In this document: positions 35,801-47,628 of the stretch, in pieces
How the letters are laid out: every line of letters starts with the position of its first letter
How positions within the stretch are numbered: the first letter of the stretch is position 1
Source of the DNA: Eledone cirrhosa
Lineage: Eukaryota
Assembly (NCBI GenBank): GCA_964016885.1
Contig: OZ024744.1
Location: 127,596,001-127,660,000 of the forward strand
DNA: 64,000 nt
Direction of reading: 5' to 3'
Made by a program: the position numbers and the translations under genes
Notes under the pieces: model-generated
Database searches by the model: none
What the model was told of the DNA's origin: nothing
Seen by the model: only the letters and a program-made list of their open reading frames with translations

Positions 35801-38800
35801 GTTAAGTTAAGTTGGGGTTGAGTTAAGTTGGGGTTGAGTTAAGTTGGGGTTAAGTTAAGTTGGGGTTAAGTTAAGTTGGGGTTAAGTTAAGTTGGGGGTA
35901 AGTTAAGTTGGGGGTAAGTAAAATGGGGGCAAGTTAAGTTGGGGTTAAGTTAAGTTGGGGTTAAGTTAAGTTGGGGTTAAGTTAAGTTAGGGTTAATTTC
36001 AGTTGGGGTTAAGTTAAGTTGGGGTTAAGTTAAGTTAGGGTTAATTTAAGTTGGGGTTATGTTAAGTTGGGGTTAAGTTAAGTTGGGGTTAAGTTAAGTT
36101 GGTGTTAAGTAAAGTTGGGGTTAAGTTAAGTTGTGGGTTAAGTTAAGTTGGGGTTAAGTTAAGTTGGGGTTAAGTTAAGTTGGTGTTAAGTAAAGTTGGG
36201 CTTAAGTTAAGTTGGGTTTGAGTTAAGTTGGGGCTAAGTTAAGTTAGGGCTAAGTTAAGTTGGGGTTAAGTTAAGTTGGGGCTAGGTTAAGTTGGGTCTA
36301 AGTTAAGTTGGGGTTAAGTTAAGTTGGGGTTAAGTTAAGTTGGGGTTAAATTAAGTTGGGGTTAAGCTAAGTTGGGGTTAAGTTAATTTGCGGTTAAGTT
36401 AGGTTGTGGGTTAAGTTAAGTTGGGGTTAAGTTAAGCTGGGGTTAAGTTGGGGTAAGTTAAGTTGGGGGTAAGTTAAGTTGGGGTTAAGTTAAGTTGGGG
36501 TTAAGTTAAGTTGGGGTTAAGTTAAGTTGGGGTTAAGTTAAGTTGGGGTTGAGTTAAGTTGTGGTTGAGTTAAGTTGGGGTTAAGTTAAGTTGGGGTTAA
36601 GTTAAGTTGGGGTTAAGTTAAGTTGGGGGTAAGTTAAGTTGGGGGCAAGTTAAGTTGGGGTTAAGTTAAGTTGGGGTTAAGTTAAGTTGGGGTTAAGTTA
36701 AGTTGGGGTTAAGTTAAGTTGGGGTTAAATTAAGTTGGGGTTAAGTTAAGTTGGGGTTAAGTTAAGTTGGGGTTAAATTAAGTTGGGGTTCAGTTAAGTT
36801 GGGGTTAAATTAAGTTGGGGTTAAGTTAAGTTGGGGTTAGTTAAGTTGGGGTTAAGTTAAGTTGGGGTTAATTTCAGTTGGGGTTATGTTAAGTTGGGGT
36901 TAAGTTAAGTTGGGGTTAAGTTAAAGTTGGGGTTAAGTTAAGTTGGGGTAAAGTTAAGTTAGGGTTAAGTTAAGTTGGGGTTAAGTTAAGTTGGGGTTAA
37001 ATTAAGTTGGGGTTAAGTTAAGTTGGGGTTAAGTTAAGTTGGGGTTAAATTAAGTTGGGGTTCAGTTAAGTTGGGGTTAAATTAAGTTGGGGTTAAGTTG
37101 AGTTGGGGTTAGTTAAGTTGGGGTTAAGTTAAGTTGGGGTTAAGTTAAGTTGGGGTTAAGTTAAGTTGGCGTTAAGTTAAGTTGGGGTTCAGTTAAGTTG
37201 GGGTTAAATTAAGTTGGGGTTAAGTTGAGTTGGGGTTAGTTAAGTTGGGGTTAAGTTAAGTTGGGGTTAAGTTAAGTTGGGGTTAAGTTAAGTTGGGGTT
37301 AAGTTAAGTTGGCGTTAAGTTAAGTTGGGGTTAATTTAAGTTGGGGTTGAGTTAAGTTGGGGTTAAGTTAAGTTCGGGTTGAGTTAAGTTGGGGTTAAGT
37401 TAAGTTGGGGTTAAGTTAAGTTGGGGTTAAGTTAAGTTGGGGTTAAGATAAGTTGGGGTTAAGTTAAGTTGGGGCTAAGTTAAGTTGGGGCTGAGTTAAG
37501 TTGGGGTTAAGTTGGGGTTGAGTTAAGTTGGGGTTAAGTTAAGTTGGGATTAAGTTAAGTTGGGGTTAAGTTAAGTTCGGGTTGAGTTAAGTTGGGGTTA
37601 AGTTAAGTTGGGGTTAATTTAAGTTGGGGTTAAGTTAAGTTGGGGTTAAGATAAGTTGGGGTTAAGTTAAGTTGGGGTTAAGTTAAGTTGGGGTTGAGTT
37701 AATTTGGGGTTAAGTTAAGTTGGGGTTAACTTAAGTTGGGGTTAAGTTAAGTTGGGGTTAAGTTAAGTTGGGGGTAAGTTAAGTTGGGGGCAAGTTGAGT
37801 TGGGGTTAAGTTAAGTTGGGGTTAAGTTAAGGTGGGGGTAAGTTAAGTTGGGGGTAAGTTAAGTTGGGGGTAAGTTAAGTTGGGGTTAAGTTAAGTTGGG
37901 TTTAAGTTAAGTTGGGGCTAAGTTTAGTTGGGGTTAAGTTAAGTTGGGGGTAAGTTAAGTTGGGGTTGAGTTAAGTTGGGGTTAACTTAAGTTGGGTTAA
38001 GTTGGGGTTAAGTTAAGTTGGGGTTAAATTAAGTTGGGGGTTAGTTAAGTTGGGGCAAGTTAAGTTGGGGTTAATTTAAGTTGGGGTTAAGTTAAGTTGG
38101 GGTTATGTTAAGTTGGGGTTAAGTTAAGTTGGGGTTAAGTTAAGTTGGGGGTAAGTTAAGTTGGGGTTAAGTTAAGTTGGGGGTAAGTTAAGTTGAGGGT
38201 AAGTTAAGTTGGGGTTAAGTTAAGTTGGGGTTAAATTAAGTTGGGGGTAAGTTAAGTTGGGGGTAAGTTAAGTTGGGGTTAAGTTAAGTTGGGGTTAAAT
38301 TAAGTTGAGGTTAAGTTAAGTTGGGGTTAAGTTAAGTTGGGGTTAAGTTAAGTTGGGGGTAAGATAAGTTGGGGCTAAGTTAAGTTGGGGCTAAGTCAAG
38401 TTGGGGTTAAGTCAAGTTGAGGTTAACTTAAGTTGGGGTTAAGTTAAGTTGGGGTTAAGTTAAGTTGGGGTTAAGTTAAGTTGGGGTTAAGGTAAGTTGG
38501 GGTTATGTTAAGTTGGGGCTAAGTTAAGTTGGGGCTAAGTTAAGTTGGGGCTGAGTTAAGTTGGGGTTAAGTTAAGTTGGGGTTGAGTTAAGTTGGGGTT
38601 AAGTTAAGTTGGGGTTAATTTAAGTTGGGGTTAAGTTAAGTTGGGGTTAAGATAAGTTGGGGTTAAGTTAAGTTGGGGTTACGTTAAGTTGGGGTTGAGT
38701 TAATTTGGGGTTAAGTTAAGTTGGGGTTAACTTAAGTTGGGGTTAAGTAGGGGTTAAGTTAAGTTGGGGGTAGGTTAAGTTGGGGGCAAGTTAAGTTGGG

Positions 38801-41699
38801 GTTAAGTTAAGTTGGGGTTAAGTTAAGTTGGGGGTAAGTTAAGTCGGGGTTAAGTTAAGTTGGGGTTAAGTTAAGTTGGGTTTAAGTTAAGTTGGGGCTA
38901 AGTTAAGTTGGGGCTAATTTAAGTTGGGACTGAGTTAAGTTGGGGGTAAGTTAAGTTGGGTGTAAGTTAAGTTGGGGTTCAGTTCAGTTGGGGTTAAGTT
39001 AAGTTGGGGTTAAGTTAAGCTGGGGTTAAGTTAAGTTGGGGTTTAGTTAAGTTGGGGTTAAGTTAAGTTGGGGTTAAGTTAAGTTGGGGTTGAGTTAAGT
39101 TGGGGTTGAGTTAAGTTGGGGTTAAGTTAAGTTGGGGTTAAGTTAAGTTGGGGTTAAGTTAAGTTGGGGGTAAGTTAAGTTGGGGGTAAGTAAAATGGGG
39201 GCAAGTTAAGTTGGGGTTAAGTTAAGTTGGGGTTAAGTTAAGTTGGGGTTAAGTTAAGTTAGGGTTAATTTCAGTTGGGGTTAAGTTAAGTTGGGGTTAA
39301 GTTAAGTTAGGGTTAATTTAAGTTGGGGTTATGTTAAGTTGGGGTTAAGTTAAGTTGGGGTTAAGTTAAGTTGGTGTTAAGTAAAGTTGGGGTTAAGTTA
39401 AGTTGTGGGTTAAGTTAAGTTGGGGTTAAGTTAAGTTGGGGTTAAGTTAAGTTGGTGTTAAGTAAAGTTGGGCTTAAGTTAAGTTGGGTTTGAGTTAAGT
39501 TGGGGCTAAGTTAAGTTAGGGCTAAGTTAAGTTGGGGTTAAGTTAAGTTGGGGCTAGGTTAAGTTGGGTCTAAGTTAAGTTGGGGTTAAGTTAAGTTGGG
39601 GTTAAGTTAAGTTGGGGTTAAATTAAGTTGGGGTTAAGCTAAGTTGGGGTTAAGTTAATTTGCGGTTAAGTTAGGTTGTGGGTTAAGTTAAGTTGGGGTT
39701 AAGTTAAGCTGGGGTTAAGTTGGGGTAAGTTAAGTTGGGGGTAAGTTAAGTTGGGGTTAAGTTAAGTTGGGGTTAAGTTAAGTTGGGGTTAAGTTAAGTT
39801 GGGGTTAAGTTAAGTTGGGGTTGAGTTAAGTTGGGGTTGAGTTAAGTTGGGGTTAAGTTAAGTTGGGGTTAAGTTAAGTTGGGGTTAAGTTAAGTTGGGG
39901 GTAAGTTAAGTTGGGGGCAAGTTAAGTTGGGGTTAAGTTAAGTTGGGGTTAAGTTAAGTTGGGGTTAAGTTAAGTTGGGGTTAAGTTAAGTTGGGGTTAA
40001 ATTAAGTTGGGGTTAAGTTAAGTTGGGGTTAAGTTAAGTTGGGGTTAAATTAAGTTGGGGTTCAGTTAAGTTGGGGTTAAATTAAGTTGGGGTTAAGTTA
40101 AGTTGGGGTTAGTTAAGTTGGGGTTAAGTTAAGTTGGGGTTAATTTCAGTTGGGGTTATGTTAAGTTGGGGTTAAGTTAAGTTGGGGTTAAGTTAAAGTT
40201 GGGGTTAAGTTAAGTTGGGGTAAAGTTAAGTTAGGGTTAAGTTAAGTTGGGGTTAAGTTAAGTTGGGGTTAAATTAAGTTGGGGTTAAGTTAAGTTGGGG
40301 TTAAGTTAAGTTGGGGTTAAATTAAGTTGGGGTTCAGTTAAGTTGGGGTTAAATTAAGTTGGGGTTAAGTTGAGTTGGGGTTAGTTAAGTTGGGGTTAAG
40401 TTAAGTTGGGGTTAAGTTAAGTTGGGGTTAAGTTAAGTTGGGGTTAAGTTAAGTTGGGGTCAAATTAAGTTGGGGTTAAGTTAAGTTGGGGTTAATTTAA
40501 GTTGGGGTTAAGTTAAGTTGGGGTTAAGTTAAGTTGGAGTTAAGTTAAGTTGGGGTTAAGTCAAGTTGGGGTTAAGTCAAGTTGGGGTTAAGTCAAGTTG
40601 GGGTTAAGTTAAGTTGGGGTTAAGTTAAGTTGGGGTTAAGTTAAGTTGGGGGTAAGTTAAGTTGGGTGTAAGTTAAGTTGGGGTTAAGTTAAATTGGGGT
40701 TCAGTTCAGTTGGGGTTAAGTGAAGTTGGGGTTAAGTTAAGATGGGGGTAAGTTAAGTTGGGGTTAAGTTAAGTTGGGGTTAAGTTAAGTTGGGGTTAAG
40801 TTAAGTTGGGGTTAAGTTAAGTTGGAGTTAAGTTAAGTTGGAGTTAAGTTAAGTTGGGGTTAAGCTAAGTTGGGGTTCAGTTAAGTTGGGGTTAAGTTAA
40901 TTTGGGGCTGAGTTAAGTTGGGGTTAAGTTAAGTTCGGGTTGAGTTAAGTTGGGGTTAAGTTAAGTTGGGGTTAAGTTAAGTTGGGGTTAAGTTAAGTTG
41001 GGGTTAAGATAAGTTGGGGTTAAGTTAAGTTGGGGTTAATTTAAGTTGGGGTTAAGTTGGGCTTAATTTAAGTTGGGGTTAAGTTGGGGGTAATTTAAGT
41101 TGGGGGCAAGTTAAGTTGGGGTTAATTTAAGTTGGGGTTAAGTTAAGTTGGGGTTATGTTAAGTTGGGGTTAAGTTAAGATGGGGTTAAGTTAAGTTGGG
41201 GGTAACTTAAGTTGGGGTTAAGTTAAGTTGAGGGTAAGTTAAGTTGAAGGTAAGTTAAGTTGAGGTTAAGTTAAGTTGGGGTTAAGTTAAGTTGGGGGTA
41301 AGTTAAGTTGGGTGTAAGTTAAGTTGGGGTTAAGTTAAGTTGGGGTTAAATTAAGTTGAGGTTAAGTTAATTTGGGATTAAGTTAAGTTGGGGTTAAGTT
41401 AAGTTGGGGGTAAGATAAGTTGGGGCTAAGTTAAGTTGGGGCTAAGTTAAGTTGGGGTTAAGGTAAGTTGGGGTTAAGTTAATTTGGGGCTGAGTTAAGT
41501 TGGGGTTAAGTTAAGTTCGGGTTGAGTTAAGTTGGGGTTAAGTTAAGTTGGGGTTAAGTTAAGTTGGGGTTAAGTTAAGTTGGGGTTAAGATAAGTTGGG
41601 GTTAAGTTAAGTTGGGGTTAATTTAAGTTGGGGTTGAGTTAAGTTGGGGTTAAGTTAAGTTCGGGTTGAGTTAAGTTGGGGTTAAGTTAAGTTGGGGTT

Positions 41700-44600
41700 A
41701 AGTTAAGTTGGGGTTAAGATAAGTTGGGGTTAAGTTAAGTTGGGGTTAATTTAAGTTGGGGTTGAGTTAATTTGGGTTTAAGTTAAGTTGGGCTTAACTT
41801 AAGTTGGGGTTAAGTTGGGGTTAAGTTAAGTTGGGGTTAAGTTAAGTTGGGGGTAAGTTAAGTTGGGGGCAAGTTAAGTTGGGGTTAATTTAAGTTGGGG
41901 TTAAGTTAAGTTAGGGTTTTGTTAAGTTGGGGTTAATTTAAGTTGGGGTTAAGTTAAGTTGGGGGTAACTTAAGTTGAGGGTAAGTTAATTTGAGGATAA
42001 GTTAAGTTGAGGGTAAGTTAAGTTCAGGTTAAGTTAAGTTGGGGTTAAGTTAAGTTGGGGGTAAGTTAAGTTGGGGGTAAGTTAAGTTGGGGTTAAGTTA
42101 AGTTGGGGTTAAATTAAGTTGAGGTTAAGTTAATTTGGGCTTAAGTTAAGTTGGGGTTAAGTTAAGTTGGGGGTAAGATAAGTTGGGGCTAAGTTAAGTT
42201 GGGGCTAAGTCAAGTTGGGGTTAAGTCAAGTTGAGGTTAACTTAAGTTGGGGTTAAGTTAAGTTGGGGTTAAGTTAAGTTGGGGTTAAGGTAAGTTGGGG
42301 TTAAGTTAAGTTGGGGCTAAGTTAAGTTGGGGCTAAGTTAAGTTGGGGCTGAGTTAAGTTGGGGTTAAGTTGGGGTTGAGTTAAGTTGGGGTTAAGTTAA
42401 GTTGGGATTAAGTTAAGTTGGGGTTAAGTTAAGTTCGGGTTGAGTTAAGTTGGGGTTAAGTTAAGTTGGGGTTAATTTAAGTTGGGGTTAAGTTAAGTTG
42501 GGGTTAAGATAAGTTGGGGTTAAGTTAAGTTGGGGTTAAGTTAAGTTGGGGTTGAGTTAATTTGGGGTTAAGTTAAGTTGGGGTTAACTTAAGTTGGGGT
42601 TAAGTTAAGTTGGGGTTAAGTTAAGTTGGGGGTAAGTTAAGTTGGGGGCAAGTTGAGTTGGGGTTAAGTTAAGTTGGGGTTAAGTTAAGGTGGGGGTAAG
42701 TTAAGTTGGGGGTAAGTTAAGTTGGGGGTAAGTTAAGTTGGGGTTAAGTTAAGTTGGGTTTAAGTTAAGTTGGGGCTAAGTTTAGTTGGGGTTAAGTTAA
42801 GTTGGGGGTAAGTTAAGTTGGGGTTGAGTTAAGTTGGGGTTAACTTAAGTTGGGGTTAAGTTGGGGTTAAGTTAAGTTGGGGTTAAATTAAGTTGGGGGT
42901 TAGTTAAGTTGGGGCAAGTTAAGTTGGGGTTAATTTAAGTTGGGGTTAAGTTAAGTTGGGGTTATGTTAAGTTGGGGTTAAGTTAAGTTGGGGTTAAGTT
43001 AAGTTGGGGGTAATTTAAGTTGAGGGTAAGTTAAGTTGGGGTTAAGTTAAGTTGGGGTTAAATTAAGTTGGGGGTAAGTTAAGTTGGGGGTAAGTTAAGT
43101 TGGGGTTAAGTTAAGTTGGGGTTAAATTAAGTTGAGGTTAAGTTAAGTTGGGGTTAAGTTAAATTGGGGTTAAGTTAAGTTGGGGGTAAGATAAGTTGGG
43201 GCTAAGTTAAGTTGGGGCTAAGTCAAGTTGGGGTTAAGTCAAGTTGAGGTTAACTTAAGTTGGGGTTAAGTTAAGTTGGGGTTAAGTTAAGTTGGGGTTA
43301 AGTTAAGTTGGGGTTAAGGTAAGTTGGGGTTATGTTAAGTTGGGGCTAAGTTAAGTTGGGGCTAAGTTAAGTTGGGGCTGAGTTAAGTTGGGGTTAAGTT
43401 AAGTTGGGGTTGAGTTAAGTTGGGGTTAAGTTAAGTTGGGGTTAATTTAAGTTGGGGTTAAGTTAAGTTGGGGTTAAGATAAGTTGGGGTTAAGTTAAGT
43501 TGGGGTTACGTTAAGTTGGGGTTCAGTTAATTTGGGGTTAAGTTAAGTTGGGGTTAATTTAAGTTGGGGTTAAGTTGGGGTTAAGTTAAGTTGGGGTTAA
43601 GTTAAGTCGGGGTTAAGTTAAGTTGGGGTTAAGATAAGTTGGGGTTAAGTTAAGTTGGGGTTAATTTAAGTTGGGGTTGAGTTAATTTGGGTTTAAGTTA
43701 AGTTGGGCTTAACTTAAGTTGGGGTTAAGTTGGGGTTAAGTTAAGTTGGGGTTAAGTTAAGTTGGGGGTAAGTTAAGTTGGGGGCAAGTTAAGTTGGGGT
43801 TAATTTAAGTTGGGGTTAAGTTAAGTTAGGGTTATGTTAAGTTGGGGTTAATTTAAGTTGGGGTTAAGTTAAGTTGGGGGTAACTTAAGTTGAGGGTAAG
43901 TTAATTTGAGGGTAAGTTAAGTTGAGGGTAAGTTAAGTTCAGGTTAAGTTAAGTTGGGGTTAAGTTAAGTTGGGGGTAAGTTAAGTTGGGGGTAAGTTAA
44001 GTTGGGGTTAAGTTAAGTTGGGGTTAAATTAAGTTGAGGTTAAGTTAATTTGGGCTTAAGTTAAGTTGGGGTTAAGTTAAGTTGGGGGTAAGATAAGTTG
44101 GGGCTAAGTTAAGTTGGGGCTAAGTCAAGTTGGGGTTAAGTCAAGTTGAGGTTAACTTAAGTTGGGGTTAAGTTAAGTTGGGGTTAAGTTAAGTTGGGGT
44201 TAAGGTAAGTTGGGGTTAAGTTAAGTTGGGGCTAAGTTAAGTTGGGGCTAAGTTAAGTTGGGGCTGAGTTAAGTTGGGGTTAAGTTGGGGTTGAGTTAAG
44301 TTGGGGTTAAGTTAAGTTGGGATTAAGTTAAGTTGGGGTTAAGTTAAGTTCGGGTTGAGTTAAGTTGGGGTTAAGTTAAGTTGGGGTTAATTTAAGTTGG
44401 GGTTAAGTTAAGTTGGGGTTAAGATAAGTTGGGGTTAAGTTAAGTTGGGGTTAAGTTAAGTTGGGGTTGAGTTAATTTGGGGTTAAGTTAAGTTGGGGTT
44501 AACTTAAGTTGGGGTTAAGTTAAGTTGGGGTTAAGTTAAGTTGGGGGTAAGTTAAGTTGGGGGCAAGTTGAGTTGGGGTTAAGTTAAGTTGGGGTTAAGT

Positions 44601-45500
44601 TAAGTTGGGGTTAAGATAAGTTGGGGTTAAGTTAAGTTGGGGTTAAGTTAAGTTGGGGTTGAGTTAATTTGGGGTTAAGTTAAGTTGGGGTTAACTTAAG
44701 TTGGGGTTAAGTTAAGTTGGGGTTAAGTTAAGTTGGGGGTAAGTTAAGTTGGGGGCAAGTTGAGTTGGGGTTAAGTTAAGTTGGGGTTAAGTTAAGGTGG
44801 GGGTAAGTTAAGTTGGGGGTAAGTTAAGTTGGGGGTAAGTTAAGTTGGGGTTAAGTTAAGTTGGGTTTAAGTTAAGTTGGGGCTAAGTTTAGTTGGGGTT
44901 AAGTTAAGTTGGGGGTAAGTTAAGTTGGGGTTGAGTTAAGTTGGGGTTAACTTAAGTTGGGGTTAAGTTGGGGTTAAGTTAAGTTGGGGTTAAATTAAGT
45001 TGGGGGTTAGTTAAGTTGGGGCAAGTTAAGTTGGGGTTAATTTAAGTTGGGGTTAAGTTAAGTTGGGGTTATGTTAAGTTGGGGTTAAGTTAAGTTGGGG
45101 TTAAGTTAAGTTGGGGGTAAGTTAAGTTGGGGTTAAGTTAAGTTGGGGGTAAGTTAAGTTGAGGGTAAGTTAAGTTGGGGTTAAGTTAAGTTGGGGTTAA
45201 ATTAAGTTGGGGGTAAGTTAAGTTGGGGGTAAGTTAAGTTGGGGTTAAGTTAAGTTGGGGTTAAATTAAGTTGAGGTTAAGTTAAGTTGGGGTTAAGTTA
45301 AGTTGGGGTTAAGTTAAGTTGGGGGTAAGATAAGTTGGGGCTAAGTTAAGTTGGGGCTAAGTCAAGTTGGGGTTAAGTCAAGTTGAGGTTAACTTAAGTT
45401 GGGGTTAAGTTAAGTTGGGGTTAAGTTAAGTTGGGGTTAAGTTAAGTTGGGGTTAAGGTAAGTTGGGGTTATGTTAAGTTGGGGCTAAGTTAAGTTGGGG
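41700..45500 (+). repeat. Older, more diverged ~1,915-bp duplication (boundaries approximate)
   Basis: The rare TTCAGG variant occurs at 42025 and 43940 (+1,915) with the same flanking variant order. The copies differ at several sites (GGGTTTTG vs GGGTTATG; GAGGAT vs GAGGGT). Confidence 0.65.
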
Positions 45501-47628
45501 CTAAGTTAAGTTGGGGCTGAGTTAAGTTGGGGTTAAGTTAAGTTGGGGTTGAGTTAAGTTGGGGTTAAGTTAAGTTGGGGTTAATTTAAGTTGGGGTTAA
45601 GTTAAGTTGGGGTTAAGATAAGTTGGGGTTAAGTTAAGTTGGGGTTACGTTAAGTTGGGGTTGAGTTAATTTGGGGTTAAGTTAAGTTGGGGTTAATTTA
45701 AGTTGGGGTTAAGTTGGGGTTAAGTTAAGTTGGGGGTAGGTTAAGTTGGGGGCAAGTTAAGTTGGGGTTAAGTTAAGTTGGGGTTAAGTTAAGTTGGGGG
45801 TAAGTAAAATGGGGGCAAGTTAAGTTGGGGTTAAGTTAAGTTGGGGTTAAATTAAGTTGAGGTTAAGTTAATTTGGGCTTAAGTTAAGTTGGGGTTAAGT
45901 TAAGTTGGGGGTAAGATAAGTTGGGGCTAAGTTAAGTTGGGGCTAAGTCAAGTTGGGGTTAAGTCAAGTTGAGGTTAACTTAAGTTGGGGTTAAGTTAAG
46001 TTGGGGTTAAGTTAAGTTGGGGTTAAGGTAAGTTGGGGTTAAGTTAAGTTGGGGCTAAGTTAAGTTGGGGCTAAGTTAAGTTGGGGCTGAGTTAAGTTGG
46101 GGTTAAGTTGGGGTTGAGTTAAGTTGGGGTTAAGTTAAGTTGGGATTAAGTTAAGTTGGGGTTAAGTTAAGTTCGGGTTGAGTTAAGTTGGGGTTAAGTT
46201 AAGTTGGGGTTAATTTAAGTTGGGGTTAAGTTAAGTTGGGGTTAAGATAAGTTGGGGTTAAGTTAAGTTGGGGTTAAGTTAAGTTGGGGTTGAGTTAATT
46301 TGGGGTTAAGTTAAGTTGGGGTTAACTTAAGTTGGGGTTAAGTTAAGTTGGGGTTAAGTTAAGTTGGGGGTAAGTTAAGTTGGGGGCAAGTTGAGTTGGG
46401 GTTAAGTTAAGTTGGGGTTAAGTTAAGTTGGGGTTAAGATAAGTTGGGGTTAAGTTAAGTTGGGGTTAAGTTAAGTTGGGGTTGAGTTAATTTGGGGTTA
46501 AGTTAAGTTGGGGTTAACTTAAGTTGGGGTTAAGTTAAGTTGGGGTTAAGTTAAGTTGGGGGTAAGTTAAGTTGGGGGCAAGTTGAGTTGGGGTTAAGTT
46601 AAGTTGGGGTTAAGTTAAGGTGGGGGTAAGTTAAGTTGGGGGTAAGTTAAGTTGGGGGTAAGTTAAGTTGGGGTTAAGTTAAGTTGGGTTTAAGTTAAGT
46701 TGGGGCTAAGTTTAGTTGGGGTTAAGTTAAGTTGGGGGTAAGTTAAGTTGGGGTTGAGTTAAGTTGGGGTTAACTTAAGTTGGGGTTAAGTTGGGGTTAA
46801 GTTAAGTTGGGGTTAAATTAAGTTGGGGGTTAGTTAAGTTGGGGCAAGTTAAGTTGGGGTTAATTTAAGTTGGGGTTAAGTTAAGTTGGGGTTATGTTAA
46901 GTTGGGGTTAAGTTAAGTTGGGGTTAAGTTAAGTTGGGGGTAAGTTAAGTTGGGGTTAAGTTAAGTTGGGGGTAAGTTAAGTTGAGGGTAAGTTAAGTTG
47001 GGGTTAAGTTAAGTTGGGGTTAAATTAAGTTGGGGGTAAGTTAAGTTGGGGGTAAGTTAAGTTGGGGTTAAGTTAAGTTGGAGTTAAATTAAGTTGAGGT
47101 TAAGTTAAGTTGGGGTTAAGTTAAGTTGGGGTTAAGTTAAGTTGGGGGTAAGATAAGTTGGGGCTAAGTTAAGTTGGGGCTAAGTCAAGTTGGGGTTAAG
47201 TCAAGTTGAGGTTAACTTAAGTTGGGGTTAAGTTAAGTTGGGGTTAAGTTAAGTTGGGGTTAAGTTAAGTTGGGGTTAAGGTAAGTTGGGGTTATGTTAA
47301 GTTGGGGCTAAGTTAAGTTGGGGCTAAGTTAAGTTGGGGCTGAGTTAAGTTGGGGTTAAGTTAAGTTGGGGTTGAGTTAAGTTGGGGTTAAGTTAAGTTG
47401 GGGTTAATTTAAGTTGGGGTTAAGTTAAGTTGGGGTTAAGATAAGTTGGGGTTAAGTTAAGTTGGGGTTACGTTAAGTTGGGGTTGAGTTAATTTGGGGT
47501 TAAGTTAAGTTGGGGTTAATTTAAGTTGGGGTTAAGTTGGGGTTAAGTTAAGTTGGGGGTAGGTTAAGTTGGGGGCAAGTTAAGTTGGGGTTAAGTTAAG
47601 TTGGGGTTAAGTTAAGTTGGGGGTAAGT
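43994..47628 (+). repeat. 1,823-bp tandem duplication (43994-45805 and 45817-47628), each copy containing an internal 192-bp (12-monomer) duplication
   Basis: TGGGCTT 44051/45874 and TTACG 45648/47471 are +1,823. GATAAG at 44424/44616 and 46247/46439 is +192. Confidence 0.85.
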
